DNA of 62,346 bases, counting the filler, from Stramenopiles sp. TOSAG23-3 (lineage: Eukaryota): assembly GCA_900128585.1 (NCBI GenBank). It is 6 parts of 6 records of this genome, joined end to end, with 100 filler letters (N's around TTAATTAATTAA, not from the genome) between each part and the next. Parts side by side here need not be neighbours in the genome. Positions count along the whole stretch, not along the records: positions 26,865 to 53,609 come from LT642269.1; positions 53,710 to 55,795 come from LT645097.1; positions 55,896 to 57,980 come from LT645098.1; 3 more parts are not named here. One strand, written 5' to 3'. Below the pieces are notes generated by a model. The model saw only the letters and a list, made by a program, of their open reading frames with translations, made no database searches and was not told the DNA's origin. Position numbers and translations under genes: made by a program. Shown here one piece after another: positions 45,738-56,876 of this stretch (its first letter is position 1; every line of letters starts with the position of its first letter).

Positions 45738-46467
45738 TTTGTAGTTTAATCACAATCACGAGCGAAAACTTGTAGCTTCGATAATGACCCATAAACGTCT
45801 CTAAAAGTCGAACAAAAAACCTAATTGTCGCAAACGACAACAGTTTCCGCAGATTCCTCTTTGGAATAAATTTACCATTAAAATTAGCTTATTGAATGAT
45901 AAAATGGACCATTTTTTCCAGACGACTATAAATTATAACTTATAATAATTATTTATTACAATCGATGCCATCATATTTTATTGGAATTATATATTATATT
46001 ATGATGTGATCCTCCTTCTTCTTGGTTTTACGAAAAGTAAAGAGAATACAGACACACAGTATTTTTTAGACGACGTATTATTCCAATTTTAACATAATAG
46101 CTGCTGGATGCTGGACGGATCTTTTTTTTTAAATTCGTGATTTTTCATTATTAAGGTAATTTAGTACATCCAGGAAGTGAGGTGTTTGCTCTCCCTCTTC
46201 TTTTGTACGAGGAGTACACGTCCCCGGAACGCTTCCACCATACTTTGAAATTCGAGTTGGATTTTTATTCGCGCCAAGGACACTGAACACTTTATTGAAC
46301 AGGTGTCTACTATAGAATTTTACTTACAGAAAAACAACGACGACGGTTGCGTTTTTATTTTTTTAGAAGTGTGGTACAAATTACATGGGGGAATAGCATT
46401 ATATCTAAAAATCGTGTATGTATGGAAATAAATTCCTACCACTCTCGTTTCCACGCTCGTTGTCCAC

Positions 46468-48195
46468 CTAGTCTTCGCCGCCTTCTGTGAGTTCAATTTC
46501 AATTTCTTCGCCTGAAAGTGCGTTCTCACCGTCCAGGTTTTCATTCGACAGATCAGAAATCTTGCTGTACTTGGAGGATTTTCTCGACCGGCACCACGAC
46601 TCTAGGAAGCAGTAGTACACCCACCAGCACAAAACGCAGCACGCGACGAAAAACATGGAACCGAGTACCGTGATCAAGGACATTTCCGGCGACATGGAAG
46701 CAAACCAGTCCGTGTCTTCATTCACGGGCGGGGTCGTTTTAGCCCGACCGTCCCGCACCGACCTTTCCGTTGTTCTGTTTGGTTTTGTGCCGCTACCAGG
46801 GATGGTCGTCGTCCCCGGCACACTCGCGCTGGTTGTCGTAGTTTCCGGCCCTAGCCGAGCAGTCGTCGTAGAGGCTCTCCCCTGCACTGTGGTCGTTTGT
46901 GCAACGGTGGTCGCGGTGGGGGTCGTTTGGGAAACGGTAGTTGTTGTAGGCAACGGTGCTGTTGTGGATGTTCCGCCCGTTGAGTGAAATCTACACGGCT
47001 CGCCGCAGCACGGTATTTCGTTACTGGCAGAAGCTTCGCACTTCGCCCGAGCCCAACCAATCCGGGTGTTCCCATGGTCAAACACGACATTGTAATTGTT
47101 CATAATGTTCGCCCCAAAGACAAAGTCCCCGTCCTTGAAAAATCCTATGCAATAAACAGCATGGTCGCTTTTGAAAAAATAGTACGCGGGCGGGATGCAT
47201 AAGTTTACCCCCCCGTTCAATGAGAACGATATGGAAGGGTACGTTGCCGCGAAAGTTTTGAAAGAATCGCCACTTTTAGGCTTTGCGCAGTATACAGAGT
47301 CGCCCTTGTCTTGAGAATTCGTCCCGGAAGGGTTGTGCGTTCCCGTGCACCTTGCCGGCCCTCCGTTGCAGTACGCCTCAAACTTGGACTTCATGGTGGA
47401 ATGGATAGAATACGGTATATAGGTGTAGGAGGTGCCACTGTCAATTGTGACAGCCTTGATATTCGAGTCTGTGACCAGGACACTCTCGTCCGCGAGCGAT
47501 ATGCGCTGCACCTTGTTTTTGTAAAACAGGCCGGACCTCACCATCGGAGACCAGCCAAACGGGTCGTAATTGACTGTGCTGTCGTCCGTACCGACGCTAA
47601 CAAAGCCTTTGTTTGTACCAAGGCACAACCCAAAAATATCGCTCTGCAAACTGTGGTGCTGGCGCAACTTTGCGAACAGTGTCCCCGACCCATCGCTCAG
47701 GCCAATTATCCCGTCAGCCGTTTGCGTCTTGAACGCGGCGGCATACGTCGTGCAGCAGCCGAAAGTGTGCCGCACAGATTCTCCAGCACCGCACGTGTCC
47801 CCGAGACAAATTAGGTCCTCCAACAGAACGCCTCGGTTACAAGACCCTTCTCCATAACATTGCGCGTAACTCCCTTTGTGCGCTGAAGTAGAACTCTTGT
47901 CTTCGGAAAAATGATTATGGGAACCGCAACTGCAGCCCTTGCACGGAACAGCAATTGTGCTCGAGCCGCTGTCTACAATAACAGTAAAAATTTGCGGGGG
48001 TGTTCCAATGTGCAACTTTGCGTACCAGACCCCGTCATTTTCCATCTGTACTGGGTAGTTTTTCAACCGGCGGGCTCGACGCCGAGGACGATAGGCACCA
48101 GAGATCACCGGTTTGGAAATCGGAAACTGGAAACACTGACATAGGTGAACCGAAACCAGAACACACCACGCGAAGCACGGGACACGTTTCAACAT
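46468..48195 (-). CDS. Membrane-anchored A1 (pepsin-like) aspartic protease
   Basis: Signal peptide; catalytic motifs VIVDSGSS and VTIDSGTS; Cys insert PCKGCSCGSH; ADGIIGL; YNVVFDHGNTRIGWARAKC; Thr-rich stalk; TM helix; acidic tail. Confidence 0.93.
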   Translation of the reverse strand: MLKRVPCFAWCVLVSVHLCQCFQFPISKPVISGAYRPRRRARRLKNYPVQMENDGVWYAKLHIGTPPQIFTVIVDSGSSTIAVPCKGCSCGSHNHFSEDKSSTSAHKGSYAQCYGEGSCNRGVLLEDLICLGDTCGAGESVRHTFGCCTTYAAAFKTQTADGIIGLSDGSGTLFAKLRQHHSLQSDIFGLCLGTNKGFVSVGTDDSTVNYDPFGWSPMVRSGLFYKNKVQRISLADESVLVTDSNIKAVTIDSGTSYTYIPYSIHSTMKSKFEAYCNGGPARCTGTHNPSGTNSQDKGDSVYCAKPKSGDSFKTFAATYPSISFSLNGGVNLCIPPAYYFFKSDHAVYCIGFFKDGDFVFGANIMNNYNVVFDHGNTRIGWARAKCEASASNEIPCCGEPCRFHSTGGTSTTAPLPTTTTVSQTTPTATTVAQTTTVQGRASTTTARLGPETTTTSASVPGTTTIPGSGTKPNRTTERSVRDGRAKTTPPVNEDTDWFASMSPEMSLITVLGSMFFVACCVLCWWVYYCFLESWCRSRKSSKYSKISDLSNENLDGENALSGEEIEIELTEGGED

Positions 48196-48905
48196 GTTTG
48201 TGAGTCAACCGCGGACTCCCCCCCCCCCAGAAAAAAAACAAAGAAAGACGCAACCCCTATTTCATCAATTCCTTTGACGCAAGCAGTTCATAATCATTTG
48301 CAAGCAAAGAAAAGCACGTATCAACGTATTTGGAATAATTTATAATTATACAGTAGGAGATACAGTCAAATGTAAATTAGTTTTATTGAATATAATAGTA
48401 GAAAAGAAGAAGAAGAATTGTTTTTTTTTATTATTATTATTAGTCTATTGAAATACTTTTTAATAGTCTACGAGGTAGACGACTACCGGTAGGTAAGGAC
48501 GGTACCTGGTATTATACGGTAGGTACCGTACCTTACCTGGTACCCGACCTACTATTATAGTAATACTGTATTAACAAAATAGACGACTAGCTACTAATAA
48601 ATAAATTATGGTCGTTATTATATTTATTAGGATATTATTATAATAAAATTATTTGTAGACTGAAAAGTAGACCTATTACGCATTGGATTTCTTCAGATGC
48701 GAGATGATTGATTACGAATTATTAATATTATTACACGAGATATTAATAATAGACCGACTATTACATAACTATTATTAGTTTAAAAATAATAAACAACATA
48801 TTAATACCTCGTTGACTAGTTGGCTAGTTGTCTAGACAATAGTTTGGATAATTTTTTACATTGGTCCGTATTATTTATTACTACAATTTTATTTTTTTGG
48901 TGATA

Positions 48906-48933
48906 TAAATAACAGCCAATTTTCTTGTTTTTA
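48906..48933 (+). repeat. Dispersed repeat copy, 3' of the beta-repeat gene
   Basis: TAAATAACAGCCAATTTTCTTGTTTTTA. Confidence 0.9.
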
Positions 48934-48987
48934 TAAAATTAGACGACTAGAAAACGAAGAGGCTTTGAGCTTGGAATTAGTAAGATT

Positions 48988-51900
48988 TTAGTCGGCAAAA
49001 CCTGGCCCTGTGGAAACCCATCCGTTCAAGCTTAAGCACATCAATTCAATCATCCGCCCAGGCGCCACTTTAAAATTAATACTATTTCCAAACGTTAAAT
49101 CCCCTGTATCCCCTGTATTACTGTTCCGGATGTATCGAATTTCACCTTCATTTGCACTGTTGCATACTGGCAAACTATTAATAGCGGAGTTCGAATTAGT
49201 CACTACCTTCGAATAGTCAGTGGCAACACCGACTACAAATCTTTCTGTCACTTCGAATTTGAAGGTTTTCACCGTGCTCGTTGCCCCTCCAATTGTTATG
49301 GAGTTATCACTTCCTACGTTTGCAAAGATTTCTCGGTTCGTATCTGCTGATGAAGTTATATTGCCCGCAATTGTTAGGATTCCGTTGGTTTTGATGTCGC
49401 CATTGGACTCGATGGTTACACCATTGGCTACACCATACCCCTGGTTGATTTTAACGGTACCTTTCAACTCGACAGTCCCACTCGTATGACCTATGGTAAT
49501 GGTGTTGCTGTTTGTTGTAAACAAATTCTTGTTCCCAGCAGTTTGCGCCACAATATCACCCTTCACGGTCAAAGTCCCTTTAACATCCACAGTGCCATCT
49601 ACATTTAAATCACCTTTGGTTTTCACATCACCGTTTGATGTAAAGGAAGATCCACTGCCAGGGTACCCAGTGCCAATATGTAAGTTCTGTACCACAACCT
49701 GGGAGTTTGTTCCACCAATGGTGATTGTCTTATCGACACCGGCAAAAATACTTTTGTCTTCATTTGGTCCAGTGATGTTCCCTGTAATATATAAATTCTT
49801 TGCTGTTATTATCCCCGAGGTACCGTTAAGGAATATTGTTGGCTCATCCCTGGTATTTCCAAGCGCGAGACTGTACATCTTAACCGTAGTGGTACTGCCA
49901 CCAAGGGAAATGTCGCCATCGTAGGCCGACCCATCCTTTAACTTGGAAAACAACTCAACATTTTGGCCGCTAGAACTCAGGGTTATATTCCCGCCTATGA
50001 TTAAATTTTTGGCCACTTCTAGATTTTCATCGATAACAACGCTGCCACTTATTGTTGCGTTCCCGGAATCGTCAAGTGTGATACCACCAGAGTCATAACC
50101 GCCACCAACGTTCAAGTTTCCGGTTATATTCAGCGTGGATCCAACGCCACCTACATTTATGGTCCCCGTATATTCATTATCAGATGCTCCGTATTTTGTA
50201 AAAATCTGGATAGGGCCGCCGCTATGCAAAGTTCTAACATTCTGGTTGACGATAAAATCGCCTTCAACTTCAAGGTTACCGTCTATTTGGACGTGTCCAT
50301 CTGTGCTTATGTTACCGTCTGGCCACACGCTTAAACCAGTATCTCCGTATCCACCGCCAACTTTGAGTTTGCTTACTAGCACGGTTGACCCAGCGCCACC
50401 TATTTGTATATTTTTAGACGTTATCGCAGTAAAAATTTCTTTCGACTCGTCTCTTTCAGAAAGAATATTCCCACCAAAGGTAACATCTCCTGAGAAGAAC
50501 GTATCGTTCACGACGTGCAAGGACCCATCTGTTGATACATTGCCATCGGAAGCAAAGGTTAAACCCGATCCTTGCGACGACAGCACGTCACTTTCAGCTA
50601 GCGTGAACACTAAATCGTCGGCAACATCAAAGCCTGCCCCAGCAGTGAGTTCCGCTGCCGTTACTACCAGCTTGTCGCCAGGAGCGTATTGCGCTGAACC
50701 CGCGTCACCTACAGTAACAGTGCAAGTGTTCGATCCATTCACAACAATCTTCAAATTGCAATCCCCGCACGTAGCAGGAAAGTCAACCGAAAAAACCGAA
50801 CTATTCCCTATGGTCATTTCACTGTGGTAACCGCTTAACTGTCCTATTCTGAGTGGTCCACTTCCAAAGCCTCCACCGACTTTAAGGGTGCCCGGAATGT
50901 GCACGTATGCAGTGGCTCCTCCCAACGTTATTGATGTCCCTGGCCGCTGAGTAAATATGTATTTCGGTTCGTCGACGTCCGAGTAAATATCGCCATTGAT
51001 AACGAAATCTTGGACAGTCAATACTCCTTCTTTAGTGACTGAGGCCATTGTTGTCGGGTTTCCAATGTCCAATTGGTACATGCTAACAGTCGTTTGGGTG
51101 GACCCAATGTTTATTTTTCCTGTTACTAGTTGGTCGTTTTCATCGTATTTAAAAATCGAGCGATTCGCCGTTTTTGTCCCGGTCGTTGCTACTATGTCTC
51201 CGGCAAAGGCAACATCGTCATTGAAGTAGACCTTGTTGTTCACCGTCAGTATTCCATCCATCTTGATATCGCCAGTCCTGTACAGGGTCATTCCACCGTC
51301 ACCAGGAACAGGAACTACATCATGTTTCCCCAGCGTAAAGACTAAGTCGTCGGCAACATAAAAGCCTGCACCAGCAGCAAGCTCTGCAGCCCTAATTACC
51401 AAGGTGTCACCAACAACATACTGTGCAGTGCCCTTACTAACTACGGTAACGCTGCATCTATTCGATGATACATTAATCGATAAATTGCAGTCGAAACACG
51501 AGGCCGGGGATACAACGTTGAAGGGTTCACGGCTGTCTGTTATGTTCATGTCAGTATGATTACCAGTTAATTGCGTTTCATTTAGAAAACCGCTACCGAA
51601 TCCCCCACCAACGCGAACGTTTGACATTCTTATAGTTGACTCGGAGCCTCCTATAGTGACATTTCCGGAGAACATTGACCCATCTTTGTTATATCTAAAA
51701 ACGGAGACGTCGCGATGCGCATTAGTGCTTAGTATTCCATGCCTCACAGCTAGATATCCGCCAATGGTAACATTTTCCCGAATATCAACGTTTTTCGTCA
51801 CGATCAGCGAGCCATTAACCTTCACACTTTCTTCTTCCAAGGTACTATTTATTCCTAAAATGTTAGGAACTGTGCTTGAACCGATGATAAGCGCGTCTTC

Positions 51901-53609
51901 AACGTTCGATTTAACAGAAATGGTTTTTTTTCCATCTGAAAAATCCAGATGCGGAGTTCGGAGCTTAAATGTGTTGACATCAATTGTCATTATTTCGTCT
52001 GCATTTGCGCCTTGCACTTGGAAATGGCCCGGAGAACCGGTGCCATTATGCTGACCCACTTGGAAAACAATATTTCCACCATTTCCATCATTTCCATTCT
52101 GAGCTACTATAGTCAAGTCCGTCCCATTACCTCTGGTTGTGCGCTCAGGGCGCTTCATCGTAAACGTTTCATCATCGCCGAGAACCATTTCATTGTTATT
52201 CGTCAAAACCATGCGAGTTTTTAACGTTGTTGAATTTATTTGAGAAGTTTGGAACGTCATTGAGCCACCCATTTGGGTGCTATTTGGAGATTCCTGGTCA
52301 ACATTCGCAAATATTGATGCTACTGTGACCCTGCTGCTTGTGGTAAATCCATCAAAGTTTACACGCCCCACCTCGTCGTTGTTTTTTACAGGGATCGGAG
52401 TCAACGTGGGACTTGCAGCCCTATCACGCGCCAGAGTAATTTGTGCGCCACTGTTGCTGATACTGCTGCTACTTCTAACAAAGATTGCTTCTGAAACAGA
52501 TGATTCGATCGCAAGAGCTGCCGCTGGTCTATAGTACGACCCACTCGATTCTGAAGCGAGCTGCACAAGGCGCATCGTTTGCGCTTTTGTTGCATCAGGA
52601 TGCTCGTTTCTTACTTCCATGACAGTCCTCTCACTTGTACTATCACTAGAATTAGAATGCACGTACAGAACTCGCCCTGTTGTCAGCCCGTCTGCACTAA
52701 AATCTACCAAAGCATTTGTGATATTAGCGGTTTCAGAAGACTCGATTTTTATTGCATGACCGGTTGTCAGCCGTTTCGCACTTATGTCTAAGACCGTACC
52801 GGTTGTTAAATAGTCTGCTGTAAGATCAACAAGGACCCCCTCACCGTCCCAGCTAGGACCCGCTTCAATGTTTATGACTTTACCAGAAAACTTAGAGCCC
52901 GTTGAAGCAGCCTGGATGTCAAGCACTGTCCCGCCAGCGATTGAAGGCGCGTTAAGACTAACAATCTTACCACTTGTCATATTTTTGGCATCTATCCTAA
53001 ATATACCGTTCACGGGCTGAACCGCTTCACTCTCTAGGTACAGCAAACTGCCCGCAGACAAATCAGGGCCTCCAACTATTTTCATGCCATATCCATCGGT
53101 TAAGGAACTTCCATCTATATTAAGCAAAGTTCCTGAAGTTTGGTTAGTCCCAAGAATACTCAACAGTTTCCCATCGGCATTCAGCTGAGTGCCGTTACCA
53201 CTGGATACCTCTAACGCAGTGCCTGACGTCAGCGAATTCGCTAAGATACTCACAACCTTCCCCGATTTAACACTATTCGCATTCAGCACGAAAACGCCAC
53301 CTGGTGACACTTCCGACATCGTCTCTATCTCCAGCAATTTACCTACATCCATTGCCGAACCACCCGTAATACGCAATGCAGTCCCCGATTCCATCTTGGT
53401 TGCGCTGATATCCAATAACGTACCATCAGTTTGGTAATTAGCTTCTACAGAAATCAATTTTCCTGTTTCCATTAATTGATTGCCTTTCGAGACAACGTGG
53501 ATCCCCGTCCCCGATGTTAAGCCATCTGCGCTTACTTTCATTACTGTCCCATTTGAAACAGAATCTGCAGATACTTTAATCAACCCGTTTACGGTTGATG
53601 TTGATGTTG
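48988..53609 (-). CDS. Very large Gly/Thr/Ser/Asn-rich beta-repeat (fibre or adhesin-like) protein, N-terminus lost in the gap
   Basis: More than 1,540 codons open up to the gap; periodic short beta-repeats; recurring LxVGGGY/F-G-x-G...DGNxxTDGxLxV; two ~100-aa Cys-containing duplicated modules. Confidence 0.82.
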
Positions 53610-53709
53610 NNNNNNNNNNNNNNNNNNNNNNNNNNNNNNNNNNNNNNNNNNNNTTAATTAATTAANNNNNNNNNNNNNNNNNNNNNNNNNNNNNNNNNNN
53701 NNNNNNNNN
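53610..53709. other. Artificial contig spacer
   Basis: 44 N + TTAATTAATTAA + 44 N. Confidence 0.97.
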
Positions 53710-54296
53710 GCTCGCGAGGCCACTCCGCAATGGTACAGTTTCTGATTGAGAAATGCAAGAAGGGTGTGGACTTCAACCATCCGATAAGCGATCGGGGAAC
53801 ACCCCTGCATTTGGCCTGCTCCATGAACACCTCTTCCCACTTAAATATTGTGAAGATGCTCCTCCATGGAACAGATGCGGACGTATCCCGACAGGGCGAA
53901 AACGGCGTGCGGCCAATTCATGTCGCCGTTTTAAAGAACTGCCCACCAATTGCCATGGCATTGTTGGACCATGGGGCTGACATAAATGCTCGTACTACTA
54001 ACGGGGAAACGCCCTTAATCCAAGCTTGTTGCAGCCCAAAGAGCGAGGAGATAGCGCACGCGCTTATCCGGAGAAACGCCAACCTCAACTTGCAGCGAGA
54101 AGATGGGCGGACGGCACTTATGGTGGCTATTCAGAACAAGATGGTGAAAGTTTGCGAGGAATTGTTGTCGGCAGGCGCCGACCCCAACATACCAAACGTT
54201 GGAGGGGTGTTGGCGATTGACATTGCTGCTCAACTCGGGCTGAACCAGTTGGTCGAAGTTCTCCGCTGCAACATGGAAAGCAAAAAGAAGAAGTGA
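53710..54296 (+). CDS. Ankyrin-repeat protein, 5'-truncated
   Basis: GTPLHLAC, GVRPIHVAV, GETPLIQAC, GRTALMVA, GADPN. Frame is open to the gap (SRGHSAMVQFL is the end of an earlier repeat). Confidence 0.92.
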
Positions 54297-54545
54297 AAAA
54301 ATAATCGCGCATTAAAAATCTCGGTGGTGGTTACAAAGGATAAACAAGAAAATTGGTTGTACAAAGAATAAAAAAACCTACTGAAGTAATACAGTTTATA
54401 TCTAAATTGTAAAAAGTAGTTGTTTCAATTTGATTGTCAAGTAGATTTTAACTGAATTTTACGAGGGATGTTTTTTAGTATGACGCAGGAAGAATAAAAC
54501 CGTGGTTTAAATTCAAAAAATAAAATGAGGGTGTATGAGGAAGCT

Positions 54546-54735
54546 AAATTTAATTACTTAAATAACAGCCAATTTTCTTGTTTTAAAAAAATTAAATTGA
54601 TTTTTATTGCAGTACATTAATTTTCATTACTTAAACAACAGCCAATTTTCTTGTTTTTAAATTTAATTACTTAAATAACAGCCAATTTTCTTGTTTTAAA
54701 TTACTTAAAAAATAACAGCCAATTTTCTTGTTTTT
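54546..54735 (+). repeat. Four tandem copies of the dispersed AATTACTTAAATAACAGCCAATTTTCTTGTTTT element
   Basis: Copies at about 54546-54584, 54626-54658, 54659-54697 and 54698-54735. Confidence 0.95.
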
Positions 54736-54799
54736 AATTTAATGTGTTTGAGTTGATTTTATATTTTTTTGCGATTTACATCTGAGTCACCAGCTACTC

Positions 54800-55462
54800 T
54801 TACAAATCAACGTTGCTGTAGTCAGGCGCAGAGACGTCGGGAGGAGGAACGCTTGGTTGCTGCGAGTTGCTTTGAAACGAAGGATTTTCCTTGTAGATGC
54901 CCCCTTCTCCCTCGCTACCCGCTTTGCCACAGTATCCTAAATCATCCCTCCACAAAAAAAACATGAGGAACGATGCCAAGTAGCCGAGGAATAAGAACGT
55001 GCTGAAGGCGATAACCGACCGTACCGCGTCAACGTTAACGCCCATCAGAACGTAGAATTTGTTGTTGAAGGAGCCTGCGTCAATTCCTGAATTGAGCATC
55101 CAGGCAGACATAAAAAATTGTGATGTCAAGAACGCGCCATAGTTCATTTCCGTTTGGTGCTGCGGCTTCAGCATAAGAAAATACCCCAGCACGGACACGA
55201 CGCACGCGATCAACGTTATGAACAACATGGTAAATACTTCACCGCCGGGGAACTCGCCCCCCGCGCACGCGCACGCACTGACAAAGTATGGAAAAATAAG
55301 AGCCGTGTTTGACATCCACACATATTTCACAAGCGTTCTCTTTGGTATCCCATTGAACAGTTTCCCGGTGGGAATCGCCCCCATCGCAGGGTACCCTCCA
55401 TTGTTGCTCTGCCCACCAGGTGAGGCAAGGCCTTGCTGTTCGGACTGCAAATCCTGGTACAT
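54800..55462 (-). CDS. Four-TM membrane protein of unknown function (220 aa)
   Basis: ATG at 55462 in AAAATG context (MYQDLQSEQQ); four hydrophobic segments; cytosolic tail ending DYSNVDL. Confidence 0.8.
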   Translation of the reverse strand: MYQDLQSEQQGLASPGGQSNNGGYPAMGAIPTGKLFNGIPKRTLVKYVWMSNTALIFPYFVSACACAGGEFPGGEVFTMLFITLIACVVSVLGYFLMLKPQHQTEMNYGAFLTSQFFMSAWMLNSGIDAGSFNNKFYVLMGVNVDAVRSVIAFSTFLFLGYLASFLMFFLWRDDLGYCGKAGSEGEGGIYKENPSFQSNSQQPSVPPPDVSAPDYSNVDL

Positions 55463-55698
55463 TTTATAATGTATATATATATATATATAGATGTACGTGT
55501 ATGTGACTGTACTAAGTACACACGTATGTCCAATTTCAACGATAAGAACTCTGTTTTTCTTTTTAAGACAATATGCCAATGACAATGACGTCTACTTGAA
55601 ACAAATGTATTATATATAATGTAATATAATGATGATGAATCCTCCTCTCCATACAGACGACCACCGACAGAGGAGCTTTGAGCTATTATAGCAGCAGT

Positions 55699-55795
55699 CT
55701 TTCTTCTTTCTTCTTTTTCTTTTTTCTTTTTTCTTTCTTCTTTCTTCTTTCTTCTTTCTTCTTTCTTCTTTCTTCTTTCTTCTTTCTTCTTTCTT
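55699..55795. repeat. (TTCTTTC)n pyrimidine microsatellite running into the gap
   Basis: Tandem 7-mer directly before the N run; a likely cause of the contig break. Confidence 0.9.
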
Positions 55796-55895
55796 NNNNN
55801 NNNNNNNNNNNNNNNNNNNNNNNNNNNNNNNNNNNNNNNTTAATTAATTAANNNNNNNNNNNNNNNNNNNNNNNNNNNNNNNNNNNNNNNNNNNN
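55796..55895. other. Artificial contig spacer
   Basis: 44 N + TTAATTAATTAA + 44 N. Confidence 0.97.
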
Positions 55896-56114
55896 TATTA
55901 TTATTCACGTACTACAACGTGTTGATAAAATATTAGTCAAATTATGGATTATTCAATCTATGTGTTTAAAGACTTGTTCATTATTCTCATTGATGAAAAT
56001 GAATTAAAATACATTCTGCATTTACAATTATTCTTCTGTGAGTTGAAAACAACTTTCCCTTCGTGACGGTAGTTTGAGAGAGTGAGGGCGGGACGGTGAA
56101 GGTTGGTAGTGGCA

Positions 56115-56876
56115 ATGTCTTCGTTTCTACGGCAGAGGCTCGTGTCGTCGTCGTCCGTCCGCCGAGCGTTTACGGGCGCTTCGAGGCGCATCTCTGTTGC
56201 AACGTCGAGTCCTTTTAGATTTATTAGGGCGTCCTTCTATTCTGTTGGTGCGTCCAAGGGTGTCGGTGAAGTGCCACACCCAAGCAGTTCGGAAGAGGGT
56301 GGGGATGATGCTCCCTTTAAGTGGCCAGCCCCGGACGTAGACAGCGAAAAGCCTGAAAGCATCTTGAGCCAAGACTGGCTGAACCCAGAGGCACCCGTGG
56401 ATGGCCAAACTTTCGATAAGTTGTCATACGAACGGCCAGATGTACATACAACGTTTAGTAACGAGGATCTGCCGGACCTGTCGATACCGGATAGTGTACG
56501 GTATATCCTGGACACGATGAAAGCCCAAGACGTCACGCGTTACCACAAAGTCAGAAAGGAGGCCGAGGATATTTTCATAGCGACGGGCCTGTCTCGGGTG
56601 CACTTGAACAGTTTGGCCGATGCCATATCTCGGGCAATAAAGAGAAAGAGGAAAATAAACGTTGAAGGCAGGGCTGATGGGGATTGGATTCTCATTGATG
56701 CTGGAAATACGATCGTCCATATGTTTTCGGAAGAATGCAGGGAGGAGTACGACCTGGATGGTTTGTACTCAACGCCTCCCATGAGTATAGAAGAGCTGGA
56801 AGAATTGAAGACGCTGTCTGACGAAGGTGTGATTGACGTTAGCGCCAACGAGATAGATAAATTGATAAATGAGTAA
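56115..56876 (+). CDS. MALSU1: Mitochondrial ribosome silencing factor, RsfS/Iojap family
   Basis: Arg/Ser-rich mitochondrial presequence (MSSFLRQRLVSSSSVRRAF); MKAQDV, IFIATGLSRVHLNSLAD, VEGRADGDWILIDAGNTIVHMFSEECREEYDLDGLY. Confidence 0.9.
   Translation: MSSFLRQRLVSSSSVRRAFTGASRRISVATSSPFRFIRASFYSVGASKGVGEVPHPSSSEEGGDDAPFKWPAPDVDSEKPESILSQDWLNPEAPVDGQTFDKLSYERPDVHTTFSNEDLPDLSIPDSVRYILDTMKAQDVTRYHKVRKEAEDIFIATGLSRVHLNSLADAISRAIKRKRKINVEGRADGDWILIDAGNTIVHMFSEECREEYDLDGLYSTPPMSIEELEELKTLSDEGVIDVSANEIDKLINE

Noticed and set aside
54546-54735. CRISPR-like array
   Set aside because: Three of the four repeats abut without spacers, there are no cas genes, the context is eukaryotic, and the same unit is dispersed singly elsewhere.
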